Source: a virus
Lineage: Duplodnaviria > Caudoviricetes
Reading direction: 5' to 3' (one strand)
Virus record (IMG/VR): IMGVR_UViG_3300022178_000674
Location: 1-33,924 of that record
Length of the DNA stretch: 33,924 nucleotides
The position numbers and the translations under genes were made by a program. The notes beneath the pieces were generated by a model, which ran no database searches, had not been told where the DNA came from, and saw only the letters and a program-made list of their open reading frames with translations. Below, one piece after another: positions 6,698 through 15,174 of the stretch. Position 1 is the stretch's first letter; each line of letters starts with the position of its first letter.

Positions 6698-6924
6698 TTG
6701 AATACTTTACAGCGTTGGTTCTTTCTTACACATTGCATAACCATGAGATCGACACGATTGTTTGGTTCGAGAGTGAACAGCATTGCATGAAGGCCATGAG
6801 CAGCCGAACGTTTGATCATATGTATGATCATATGTACGAATTATATGGCAACGATATTTCTATGTGGTGCTTGCCTTCAGATGTTCAATCAAAATTAGTT
6901 AGGCCGCGAGTTCGGCCTAATTAA
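6694..6924 (+). CDS. Small protein with hydrophobic N-terminus and F-x-S-x-x-x-C...C motif
   Basis: ATGA overlap with the upstream gene. Confidence 0.7.
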   Translation: MIEYFTALVLSYTLHNHEIDTIVWFESEQHCMKAMSSRTFDHMYDHMYELYGNDISMWCLPSDVQSKLVRPRVRPN

Positions 6925-6926
6925 TT
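6893..6926. terminator. Hairpin at the convergence of the early and replication operons (putative bidirectional terminator)
   Basis: 14-bp stem AATTAGTTAGGCCG/CGGCCTAATTAATT spanning the abutting stop codons. Confidence 0.55.
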
Positions 6927-7233
6927 ATTTTGGCAGGTTGTATTTTTTTATAATATTCCGAACAAAAGTTTCGGTTGAAAACATTACTTCTGCAATTTTT
7001 GGTATTTTCATATTTCTGTTTAGAAAACTATTAACCATCTTTGCATTTTTAGATAGATTTTTAATCTCATCTTGTTTTTCGGCAAAAGTTTTTATTTTTA
7101 CTTGCCCCCGAAGATTTGGTCTTTCTGATACGTCCAATCTATTTTGAACGCACCAGTTTTTGCTGTAGAGATCTTCATATCTTATTCTAGCCGCTTCGCT
7201 TTGGTATATCTTACCTTTTACTTGAGCCTTCAT
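6925..7233 (-). CDS. Basic protein with possible C-terminal HTH, 102 aa
   Basis: TAATG coupling to the primase gene and SD GGAGG; MKIPKIAEVMFSTETFVRNIIKKY. Confidence 0.7.
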   Translation of the reverse strand: MKAQVKGKIYQSEAARIRYEDLYSKNWCVQNRLDVSERPNLRGQVKIKTFAEKQDEIKNLSKNAKMVNSFLNRNMKIPKIAEVMFSTETFVRNIIKKYNLPK

Positions 7234-9425
7234 TACTCACCTCCATTTATGATTGCTTGTTCTGCTTGATATAGATCACCGCCCACAACACCGAGAAACC
7301 TTCTCGATCCTTGATTTGTTCTTTTATATTTACCAATTCTACCTGCTTGCAACAAAGCTGTAACAGCTTTTTTAATTGTAGTTCTGCCATCATCCCTCAA
7401 GTTTGCAGCGTTTATATTTGTATCTGGAGTTGAGGAAATAGTGTCAAAGATACTATCTTGTCCATCATGCGTCATATAAATACCCGCCTGCTCTTGCAGA
7501 TCTATAAAATTAAACACATATTCTAATCTATTCCGAACAATTTCAGAACCAATGATGCTTCTAATATCCTCACTTCGATCTTCTAGCAGTCCATTGTTCG
7601 GGTTACGAATAAAATGTCTGATGTCCCGATTAGCAACACCGTTTGATTTTACGACTGCGCCATCAAAGACAGTGTTTCTTGTGTAACTAATTCCAAGATT
7701 TGTGCATCTTGTTCTAGCTACGCCCTCATCCACTTGCCAAACAGCAAATGCTGATCTAACCCCATCGACAATAGCTGACGTACCCCGAATAAGATTACGA
7801 GCCTGTTCTGGCGTTGTAACAGGATCTTTATCCCTGATTTTAGCCATGTGGTGATTAACCATAACTGTAGCGCCTGTTTCTGTAGCCATTTGAGCTAACA
7901 ATCCCATAAAAGCAGCGCCTGCTGCAGGATCTGCATTTACATCTGCGTGTACAAATGATGCCATAGGATCAATAACAATCAATGCCAGATCCTCGATCTC
8001 CAACATTTCCTCGTAAATCTTTTCAAACTCTGGAGATGTGACGTAGGTATTGTCGGCCTTCATCATAATTGGAAACACTCCGCCTTCGTTTGGAAGGGGC
8101 ACAACCAGCAAATCATGTCTATAACCCGAACGAGTGTTCATCTTATCCAGTCTGCTGACCCTGCGATGAAGCTCATCTCTGTCATCTTCTGCTGATAATA
8201 TAATGGCTGACCCGTGATGAGAGACTAAACCCCCGAAAGAATTTTGCATAGCTTCGCCCGATGCCACCTTCATAGCCAGATCTAATGTCATCATACCTTT
8301 ACCGCTATCTCCAGCAGCCGCGAAAACACATGGAACTCCCAGCGGTATGGTATCTCCAATTAGAAATTTTTGTTCGGGTGCAGCGCCAACGAATTGATTT
8401 TCAATAAGAAGGTTTCTATTTTTGAGAGATAATGTTCTCTTTACTTTATGATTTGGTGCGTTGAGAAACTTCGATATATCAAAAGCTTCTTCAATCGCAT
8501 CAGCAGCGTCCCACTTTTTTGGCTTACCCTGTGGTGGCGTAAGCATCGTAACGGCTTTTGCCCCTGCGTTAACACCAAGCTCTTGCACTATTTTGGCTAA
8601 TTTCTGACCCGCTTCATCGTTATCAGGCCATATAATAAGCTCTTTGCCGTGCAATGGAGAGAAATCAAACTTATCTTTTGTGCGCTGAGATAGCATCCCT
8701 GCGCCCCCGATAGTACAAGTTGCTGTATGCCCAAGCTTAATTAGTTCATCAGCACACTTTTCGCCCTCTACCCATATGACCCGATCTGCTTCTTTGATCT
8801 GCGGTAGGTTATATAACGGCCTAGTTTCTGGTAAACGTGGGAACTGACGAAACTCTTTTTTTGCGCTGCCGTCATTATCCCGAACAATTTCACCAGTTTG
8901 ATCTCGTTCGATGTATTTCCTGACCGCAACGATAATTTCACCGTCTTCTGACAGGTATAAATACTCTCCATCGTATGGCGTTGAGTAGTCGATAACCCGC
9001 TTTTGTTTAACTTGTTCGGGTTGTTGTTCCTGCTGCGGCTGGGCAAGTGCAGGATTTATTGGATTCATGGGTGGTTCTGTCTTTTGTTTTTCCAACCATG
9101 TGCCAAAATGTTCGGCTACATCTTTAATTTTCCAACCATATGCCGCCATCAGGATTTTAGTTATGCCCCCGATGCCATCACCTGTGTTAAAGTCCATGCC
9201 TCGCATGAACTCTGAGCTAGATGGATCTATATTTATCTTGAGAGATTGACCCGCTTCGCCATTCAAAGACCCCAGATAAAACTCATTCCGAACAACTCTT
9301 CCGTTTGGATAAGCATTTTTTAAAGCCTCTATTTGCACATAAGACGGAACTTTATCCGTTATCTCTGCGACTAAATCTCTCGGTTCACTACCATATCTTG
9401 TGTTGCCAATTACCCTTAATGACAT
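7233..9425 (-). CDS. TOPRIM primase fused to an AAA_25/RepA-like helicase, 730 aa
   Basis: TOPRIM motifs IWVEGEKCAD and WPDNDEAG; P-loop AAGDSGKG; Walker B IVIDP; VNHHMAK and IRGTSAIVDGVR motifs. Confidence 0.9.
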   Translation of the reverse strand: MSLRVIGNTRYGSEPRDLVAEITDKVPSYVQIEALKNAYPNGRVVRNEFYLGSLNGEAGQSLKINIDPSSSEFMRGMDFNTGDGIGGITKILMAAYGWKIKDVAEHFGTWLEKQKTEPPMNPINPALAQPQQEQQPEQVKQKRVIDYSTPYDGEYLYLSEDGEIIVAVRKYIERDQTGEIVRDNDGSAKKEFRQFPRLPETRPLYNLPQIKEADRVIWVEGEKCADELIKLGHTATCTIGGAGMLSQRTKDKFDFSPLHGKELIIWPDNDEAGQKLAKIVQELGVNAGAKAVTMLTPPQGKPKKWDAADAIEEAFDISKFLNAPNHKVKRTLSLKNRNLLIENQFVGAAPEQKFLIGDTIPLGVPCVFAAAGDSGKGMMTLDLAMKVASGEAMQNSFGGLVSHHGSAIILSAEDDRDELHRRVSRLDKMNTRSGYRHDLLVVPLPNEGGVFPIMMKADNTYVTSPEFEKIYEEMLEIEDLALIVIDPMASFVHADVNADPAAGAAFMGLLAQMATETGATVMVNHHMAKIRDKDPVTTPEQARNLIRGTSAIVDGVRSAFAVWQVDEGVARTRCTNLGISYTRNTVFDGAVVKSNGVANRDIRHFIRNPNNGLLEDRSEDIRSIIGSEIVRNRLEYVFNFIDLQEQAGIYMTHDGQDSIFDTISSTPDTNINAANLRDDGRTTIKKAVTALLQAGRIGKYKRTNQGSRRFLGVVGGDLYQAEQAIINGGE

Positions 9426-9431
9426 TATATT
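9403..9431 (+). promoter_or_regulatory. Antisense promoter overlapping the primase start codon
   Basis: TTGCCA-N17-TATATT. Confidence 0.55.
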
Positions 9432-9445
9432 GTCCTTATATACAT
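9425..9445 (-). CDS. Putative 6-aa leader peptide MYIRTI coupled to the primase gene
   Basis: SD GAGGT 4 nt upstream of ATG at 9445; its TAA overlaps the primase ATG (TAATG). Confidence 0.45.
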   Translation of the reverse strand: MYIRTI

Positions 9446-9500
9446 ATTTACCTCTTCGGGGGGTAGATCATAGTCCTTTTGCCTATCCCCCGCTTTTTTT
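9438..9500 (+). ncRNA. Candidate ~60-nt antisense (counter-transcribed) RNA
   Basis: Lies between a plus-strand promoter and a plus-strand terminator (CGGGGGGTAG/CTATCCCCCG plus T-tract) inside a minus-strand operon. Confidence 0.55.
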
Positions 9501-10281
9501 AATTATTCCAACAAGTCTCCCTAAACTCGCAAAACTTACAAAGAAAAAAATCTTTTGTTTGAGCTATGCGAGGTAGAATGTCACCTGCTTTAGCCGCAGT
9601 CAAGATATTTACAGCCTTGTCACTTGACGTCTGTGCTAACTCCCGATTGAACGGCACTAATTCGTAGTAAATCTCAGATGTGTTCTTATTTACCACTGTA
9701 AAGAGCGCAGGGTGTTCTGTAAGATCCATGTAGGCTTGATATAAAGCGATCTGAGTAGCGTAAACAGGATTTGCCTTGGCTACCCCCATGCGCTGAAAGC
9801 CTTTCCACTTTTGATCGTTCGCTGACTTGTTTTCCCACAGACATGGATAGCCCATATCCACGTCACCGTCACAGACCACACCATCAATGTGCCCTTTAAT
9901 TTCATCATCGGCTATAGAAAAGCCAAACTGTTTTCCCATCTTATCCTCTGTTCTCAGATCGAACCCTGCATCGCGTAGCCACATTGCAGCGTAGTCTTCG
10001 ATGTAATGACCGAACTCGAATATCCTGAGTGTTCTTGCACTGAAGCCCGAACCCTCGTCTTGTGGATAGTTTAAGTACCGATACTGTATCTTTCGACTGC
10101 ATTCGTCACCTATGCTTGAAGCTCCCAAATATTTTCTTCGTTCGCGTTTGCTATTCTTTTCTACGATAGCTTTGTCTACTGCTTGCGATATTGCCTCTGC
10201 TTGTGGATCAGAAGGGGATACTTGTAGTAGGCCAAGCGCCTGTTGACTTATAGTATTTGTCTTCGAGTTTCCCAATTTCAA
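9499..10281 (-). CDS. Cas4-like / PD-(D/E)xK exonuclease with a four-Cys Fe-S cluster (start codon uncertain, TTG at 10281 or 10275)
   Basis: LGASSIGDECSRK, GHYIE, GHIDG, WENKS, QIALY and CKFCEFRETC motifs. Confidence 0.85.
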   Translation of the reverse strand: MKLGNSKTNTISQQALGLLQVSPSDPQAEAISQAVDKAIVEKNSKRERRKYLGASSIGDECSRKIQYRYLNYPQDEGSGFSARTLRIFEFGHYIEDYAAMWLRDAGFDLRTEDKMGKQFGFSIADDEIKGHIDGVVCDGDVDMGYPCLWENKSANDQKWKGFQRMGVAKANPVYATQIALYQAYMDLTEHPALFTVVNKNTSEIYYELVPFNRELAQTSSDKAVNILTAAKAGDILPRIAQTKDFFLCKFCEFRETCWNN

Positions 10282-10426
10282 CTTCCTCTGTTAGTTTTGC
10301 TGCTTCCTGTAAAGCAAATATTAATACATGAACCTGATCTTCTGAAAGATCAGAGAATTTGGTGTCCCAACCAAATGTTCCTAATATAAATGCCAACTCT
10401 TTTATTGGCTTTGGTTCGTTACTCAT
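10208..10426 (-). CDS. Hypothetical protein, 72 aa
   Basis: SD GAGGAGGG before ATG at 10426. Confidence 0.75.
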   Translation of the reverse strand: MSNEPKPIKELAFILGTFGWDTKFSDLSEDQVHVLIFALQEAAKLTEEVEIGKLEDKYYKSTGAWPTTSIPF

Positions 10427-10435
10427 ACGCCCTCC

Positions 10436-10747
10436 TCAGTGCATTATTTCTTCTTTGTCTTCTAAAATTAAATCTAATAGATGATCTATCTCTTCAGGAT
10501 CACAATCTTTGTTCTTAAAGCTGATTGCAGATACAACTTTATCTCTGATAATAATATTGGCTGAACCAAACAAAACCTCATCCTCTGAATCATCTATCTC
10601 GCCTTGAATGACATTACTTGTTTTTTTACTCATGGCATCTTGATTGTAAGACCCTTCACAGAAACAAACATATTCTAAATTATCTGTGTAAATCTCATCA
10701 TCATCTTTTCTTTTCGCAAGAATTAAAAAAATTTCAAACCTAGCCAT
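10436..10747 (-). CDS. Acidic hypothetical protein, 103 aa
   Basis: ATG at 10747 overlaps the upstream gene; operon context. Confidence 0.7.
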   Translation of the reverse strand: MARFEIFLILAKRKDDDEIYTDNLEYVCFCEGSYNQDAMSKKTSNVIQGEIDDSEDEVLFGSANIIIRDKVVSAISFKNKDCDPEEIDHLLDLILEDKEEIMH

Positions 10748-10904
10748 CAACCTTATCCTCTGCATCATTGTGCTTTAACCATAACGCAAGATCTGAAACC
10801 ATGTGCTTAAATTCACTTGTATCAATTTTGGCAACCAATTCACCATTGAACCAAATTTTAAGCCCATCATCATATACTGCCCATCGCGTTTTTACGTCTT
10901 TCAT
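10740..10904 (-). CDS. Hypothetical protein, 54 aa
   Basis: ATGA overlap with the helicase stop codon; SD GGAGAGGT. Confidence 0.7.
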   Translation of the reverse strand: MKDVKTRWAVYDDGLKIWFNGELVAKIDTSEFKHMVSDLALWLKHNDAEDKVDG

Positions 10905-12559
10905 AGATACCTCTCCACTGTTGCCTCGATTACATCCTTGTTCCACAAGAAACTAAGCATACAAGCCGCTTTGTACTTCGTCCAAGAGAAGTCAAATAGC
11001 CCAACATCTACCCCTTGATCAGCAAGGTGTACTCTCTGTTTATCCGTTAATCGTTGATCTAGCCATCTTTTTGTTTTTACAGCCGCATTGCCATCTTCGA
11101 TCTCTCGTAAGAAATCATCTGCTGCTGCTGTGGCTTGCACAGCATCGCCAACCGAAAGAACTTTTAATTTTCCTCTAGATTTTTTACCAAATGCAATTGA
11201 TAGATTTGAGGTATTTGCGACTCCAACAAAACCCTCAAATCCCATAGCCATACGCAGGCTTTGATCCCCAAACATATTAATCCATCTAAATGGAGACATC
11301 TTCATAAGATCGAACTCTGTCATTTCAAATACGTCAAGTTCTTCTTTTTCTTCTTTCTCGCCATCAAATACATGACCACAGACAGGACATATTTTAGCGT
11401 TCAAAGGAATAACAGCTTCGCACTCTGGGCATTGCTTGAGCGGTTGCTCACCTTTTTCTTTATCGTCTAGATTTACTTGATCTTCTAAAGATCCATGCGT
11501 TAGTACGCTTGTCCCGAAGTCCAGAACAATGCAGTCTCTTTTGACTAAATCAGGAAACTCTTCTGGATTTATTGTGCGTAAGCCACGCCCAATCATTTGA
11601 ACCATTGTGGCTTTTTGAGAACATGGTCTGGTTAGAATGATGCACGACACTGGTGGCGCATCAAAGCCCTCTGTAAGCACAGCCACATTAACCACAACCT
11701 GAAGATCGTTATGAACTAAATCGTGTAGCGTTTGCGCCCTCTCTGCCTTTGGCGTTTCTCCTGTGACTATATCTGCATTAACGCCTTGGTCTAAAAACTC
11801 TTCTAACAGATCCTCTGCGTGTCTAATTGTGCTACAGAACACAACGGTTTTTCTGCCCTCTGCATGATTAAGATACTCTTCAACTACTTTTTGATTAATA
11901 ACCTTGCGGTTCATAATGGACTCGACTTGCTCCATGTTGAAGTCGTTACCGCTAATAGCCACATCATTCAGTTTGTCTTTTACACCGCAATCAATCACAT
12001 ATGACTTTGGCGGTACGAGAAATCCTTCTCTGATAAGTGTTGTAATATCTATCTGGTGCGAACAGTTATTGAATACTTTTCGCAAACCTTTTCCATCGCC
12101 TCTGTTAGGTGTAGCAGTAAAGCCTACAATCTCTGCATCTGGATTGTCTTGTTTTACTGCTTTAATGACTTTTAAATATGTATCGGCTGCTGCATGGTGG
12201 CTTTCGTCAATAACAATCATATCAAAAGCAGGGCGATCCATAAGATTTCTGTTTCTGGAAATTGTTTGCACCATAGAGAATACAGTGTCGCCTTTCCAAT
12301 TTTTGACAGTTCCGTTTACAATACTTGTTGTGATGTATGGATTTATTCTTTCAAACTTGGATTTGTTTTGATCAACAAGTTCATCTCTATGCTGCATTAC
12401 AAGGATTTTTTTACCGTCCTCGTATCTTTTGCCTACAAGCGCAGACAGCATAATTGTTTTACCCGCCCCTGTGGGCGCAACAACGATTGTGTTTTTGTGC
12501 TTATCTAATGCTTTACAAGCATCATTGATAGCGGCCTCTTGGTAAGGGCGCAGTAACAT
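10901..12559 (-). CDS. Superfamily 2 DExH helicase with C-terminal zinc ribbon
   Basis: LRPYQ, APTGAGKT, DESHH, TATP, TEGFD and QMIGRGLR motifs; CPEC..CPVC. Confidence 0.95.
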   Translation of the reverse strand: MLLRPYQEAAINDACKALDKHKNTIVVAPTGAGKTIMLSALVGKRYEDGKKILVMQHRDELVDQNKSKFERINPYITTSIVNGTVKNWKGDTVFSMVQTISRNRNLMDRPAFDMIVIDESHHAAADTYLKVIKAVKQDNPDAEIVGFTATPNRGDGKGLRKVFNNCSHQIDITTLIREGFLVPPKSYVIDCGVKDKLNDVAISGNDFNMEQVESIMNRKVINQKVVEEYLNHAEGRKTVVFCSTIRHAEDLLEEFLDQGVNADIVTGETPKAERAQTLHDLVHNDLQVVVNVAVLTEGFDAPPVSCIILTRPCSQKATMVQMIGRGLRTINPEEFPDLVKRDCIVLDFGTSVLTHGSLEDQVNLDDKEKGEQPLKQCPECEAVIPLNAKICPVCGHVFDGEKEEKEELDVFEMTEFDLMKMSPFRWINMFGDQSLRMAMGFEGFVGVANTSNLSIAFGKKSRGKLKVLSVGDAVQATAAADDFLREIEDGNAAVKTKRWLDQRLTDKQRVHLADQGVDVGLFDFSWTKYKAACMLSFLWNKDVIEATVERYL

Positions 12560-12587
12560 ATCCGAATCCACTTCTTAGTCTAGATGG

Positions 12588-12657
12588 AGGGGGGTTTTGG
12601 ACCCTCGCCCCCCCTGTGCGAGGTCTAGCAGGTGTGGAAAAAACCTGTGCCGCTAGA
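12588..12657 (-). promoter_or_regulatory. Structured intergenic leader (hairpin plus H-type pseudoknot) between the SSB-like and helicase genes
   Basis: TCTAGC/GCTAGA-closed hairpin; stem CCTCGC/GCGAGG whose loop AGGGGGG pairs with downstream CCCCCCT. Confidence 0.5.
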
Positions 12658-13263
12658 TTACTTATTAGCCCAACTAGGAACTGCACCAGATGTTGGCTGC
12701 GCTGCCTGTTGCGGTTGAACCGCAGGGGCTTGCGCCATCGGTGCTTGTCCAGAAGGGATAAAATCTTTCTGGTTCGGTGTCACTGCTGCCATGAGTTTAT
12801 TCTTGTCCTCATAACCGTTTGTGCCTTTTTCAATTCCGACTTTAGCGCAAATTTCCATTCCACTCAAGTCATTAACGCCACCAATGTTTCGCCTTTGAAC
12901 CGCAGTCTCTGACATATCAGATGGATTAATGTTATTAGCGCTTTCAATAATTTGCCGTAATGTAGACAAACCAATCTCTTTGGCTACTGGAATACCGCTA
13001 GAACCTTTTTTGTCTCCATCGACAAAAAGACGATGCCAGAACTTACGTTTATCATGCTCACCGCCAACAACTGTAAACTCTAGTTCCATCCATTTAGCAC
13101 TTGAGGTGGCTGACTTTTTAAACCACATACCGTTGCCAAACTCTGGGATCTCTGTGTCACCCATTTTGACCACAATAATTGCACGACACAGCGTACCGTT
13201 TGGAATAAGTGTGCGTGTTTGTGTTGGTGCTTCTGACACCGCTGCGTTATTTAGATTCAACAT
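12658..13263 (-). CDS. Putative single-stranded DNA-binding protein (DUF669-like)
   Basis: Follows the AAA ATPase; LEFTVVGGEHDKRKFW and KVGIEKGTNGYEDKNK; low-complexity Q/A/P tail ending in PSW. Confidence 0.65.
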   Translation of the reverse strand: MLNLNNAAVSEAPTQTRTLIPNGTLCRAIIVVKMGDTEIPEFGNGMWFKKSATSSAKWMELEFTVVGGEHDKRKFWHRLFVDGDKKGSSGIPVAKEIGLSTLRQIIESANNINPSDMSETAVQRRNIGGVNDLSGMEICAKVGIEKGTNGYEDKNKLMAAVTPNQKDFIPSGQAPMAQAPAVQPQQAAQPTSGAVPSWANK

Positions 13264-14122
13264 TTTCTGTCCCTTCTGTTAAAATCTGTTCATTAGGGTT
13301 CACAAAGTTTAACTTTCTCTCTGTGTTTCCCCCACTACCCATTTTTTCAATAAGTTTACCAAGATGTGGCTCTTCAAGTGTATCGAGCCTACCAGAACGA
13401 TCCTTTGCAGGATAGCCCCACTCATTTAGAGCATCGCAAACGAAGGCACGAAAAGAGCCGTTCTCGCCTCCCAAGACTGCCATCGTAAGAACTTCGTCTA
13501 CGATGCCCGGTAATTCTTTGCCAGTTTTTGAACCTTCGATCTGAAGCGCATATTGTTTGCGCCCATAATCATCAGTATATTCGTCTAGAATACCAACAAA
13601 GATTACGTTCTTATCACGAATGTGTTGAAGATGTGTAAGCCACGACATCATTTCGCGTCCATGCATACCATAAGCTGCACGAGTATCTAACTTGCCAGTT
13701 CTGTCTGATCTAGACTCTGGCTGTTGCTGACACCATTGAAAACACAAACGCCCTGCGACTGTGATTGAGTCGATAAATAGCGTTTGATAGTTTTTTAAGT
13801 TAACTTCTGGATCACCATATGTCTGGCAAACACCTTCATAGTGCGCCTGACTATAGCACTGATCCTCGTGCAAAGATGGATTGCCGCCACCAAGATAACA
13901 AGCAAAGTCACGACATTCTGCCCACGTTTGTGGACGAATGACATCAATTGGATGTCCCTCGATAGCGGCATCCCCTGCCTCAAGATCCATAAACAGTGTT
14001 GTCTTTGGATCTAATGTTTTTGCTAATGTTGTTTTACCAACACCACTAGCACCACAGACTACGATCTTATGACCGCGCTTTTCTGCAAGCCGTTGTTCGG
14101 CTGTTATAATTTGTAAACCCAT
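13247..14122 (-). CDS. AAA_24 family ATPase (Sak4-like recombinase position)
   Basis: GASGVGKT, MDLEAG and FIDSIT motifs; PAKDRSGRL C-terminus. Confidence 0.85.
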   Translation of the reverse strand: MGLQIITAEQRLAEKRGHKIVVCGASGVGKTTLAKTLDPKTTLFMDLEAGDAAIEGHPIDVIRPQTWAECRDFACYLGGGNPSLHEDQCYSQAHYEGVCQTYGDPEVNLKNYQTLFIDSITVAGRLCFQWCQQQPESRSDRTGKLDTRAAYGMHGREMMSWLTHLQHIRDKNVIFVGILDEYTDDYGRKQYALQIEGSKTGKELPGIVDEVLTMAVLGGENGSFRAFVCDALNEWGYPAKDRSGRLDTLEEPHLGKLIEKMGSGGNTERKLNFVNPNEQILTEGTENVESK

Positions 14123-14518
14123 TTATTTATCCTCTTCGAATGAGAAAGCACCAAGATCTACCGTTCTGCAGTCTTCAAGCTGCTGTTTGATTTCTGGTGG
14201 TGCGGCTGTGTATTTGCGTTCCTCTACAGAAAAAACAATCTTTCCATAGTGTTGCGCATTTTCTGGTGACATATTATTTAAGCGATCACGAAGCATATCC
14301 TGATCCCAAGTCACCTTCTTACGAACCGTAGCCTTAAACTTTTTATTATCAGCTATGATTGTAGTTGTACCAAAATCCTTACCATCGGCTCGTAAAGCAT
14401 CACGAACCTGTTGTAGCCAAGTATCTTGGATTTGTTCATTTAGATCAGAAAGCTCTTCTTTAAGCCCTGCGATCACAACGCGCAGCTCTTCCCTGCGCTC
14501 AAGTAATTGATTGCTCAT
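14123..14518 (-). CDS. Conserved phage protein with N-terminal coiled coil, 131 aa
   Basis: SD GGAGG before ATG at 14518; first gene after promoter P5. Confidence 0.8.
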   Translation of the reverse strand: MSNQLLERREELRVVIAGLKEELSDLNEQIQDTWLQQVRDALRADGKDFGTTTIIADNKKFKATVRKKVTWDQDMLRDRLNNMSPENAQHYGKIVFSVEERKYTAAPPEIKQQLEDCRTVDLGAFSFEEDK

Positions 14519-14551
14519 GGCAACCTCCACGTTTAATTTTCTAGAAACTTA

Positions 14552-14580
14552 ATTATGACAAAGTATGGGATGAAAGTCAA
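14552..14580 (-). promoter_or_regulatory. Sigma70-type promoter P5 of the replication operon
   Basis: TTGACT-N17-CATAAT with TGn extension; spacer contains TCCCATA. Confidence 0.75.
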
Positions 14581-14951
14581 GGAATTTTTTTAGATAAATA
14601 TATATCTATATCAAAAACAGCTTTCATCAGCTTCTTTTTTAGTTTAAATTCAGGGGTTTCTACACCTTTGGCATCTTCGACAATATGCTCCCATATGCCA
14701 TCTGCGTTCTCTTTATTATATTTAAAGTCGGCTATATATGCACAGATCTTTTGATCGTTTACCATGATATTGTAACGAGGCTGTAGCTCTAAATCTTTGA
14801 TTCGTTCTGCCTTTTCAAGAGACTTCAAATAGAGGTAACGTTCTGATTCCCATTTAGAGTCAAATGTAATTCCATGTACGGTGGTTTTCTTATTACCATA
14901 CTTTGGTCTTGACCTTTTTAACTTGGGATTATATCTTGGTTTCAAGTACAT
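14577..14951 (-). CDS. DUF1064 family PD-(D/E)xK nuclease (putative junction resolvase)
   Basis: KYGNKKT..GITFDSKWESERY, LELQPRY, YIADFKY and VEDAKG motifs. Confidence 0.85.
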   Translation of the reverse strand: MYLKPRYNPKLKRSRPKYGNKKTTVHGITFDSKWESERYLYLKSLEKAERIKDLELQPRYNIMVNDQKICAYIADFKYNKENADGIWEHIVEDAKGVETPEFKLKKKLMKAVFDIDIYLSKKIP

Positions 14952-14990
14952 TATGGGAGTTATGCTAGTGCCTGCAACTACTAAATACAA
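14909..14990. promoter_or_regulatory. Face-to-face promoter pair for the RHH and DUF1064 genes
   Basis: Plus strand TTGACC-N17-TATCTT (14909-14937); minus strand TTGTAT-N17-TAGCAT (14990-14962); TATGGGA between them (14952-14958). Confidence 0.5.
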
Positions 14991-15174
14991 GTCTATAAGC
15001 GTTTCTGTGGAAACTTATAAGAAAATAGTTCAGATGTCGCAAAAAAAACGTAGGAATATTTCGCAACAACTTTCTTTGATTGTTGACGATGCTTACGACA
15101 AACAGGGCTTTATACCGCCTCACGAACCGATACGATCTGTTTCTGGCGGACTAAGCGCCGTCATAGAAGACTAA
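14968..15174 (+). CDS. Ribbon-helix-helix (CopG/Arc-like) transcriptional regulator (start GTG at 14968 or ATG at 14962)
   Basis: YKSISVSVETYKKIVQMSQKKRRNISQQLSLIV fits a strand-helix-helix pattern; SD GGGAG. Confidence 0.7.
   Translation: MPATTKYKSISVSVETYKKIVQMSQKKRRNISQQLSLIVDDAYDKQGFIPPHEPIRSVSGGLSAVIED

Noticed and set aside
6813-6836. Tandem repeat TGATCATATGTA x2
   Set aside because: It is an in-frame 12-nt duplication encoding DHMY twice, with no evidence of a cis function.
9499-10281. Cas4 as evidence of a CRISPR-Cas system
   Set aside because: It is a solo Cas4-like nuclease in a phage replication operon, with no cas1/cas2 and no array.
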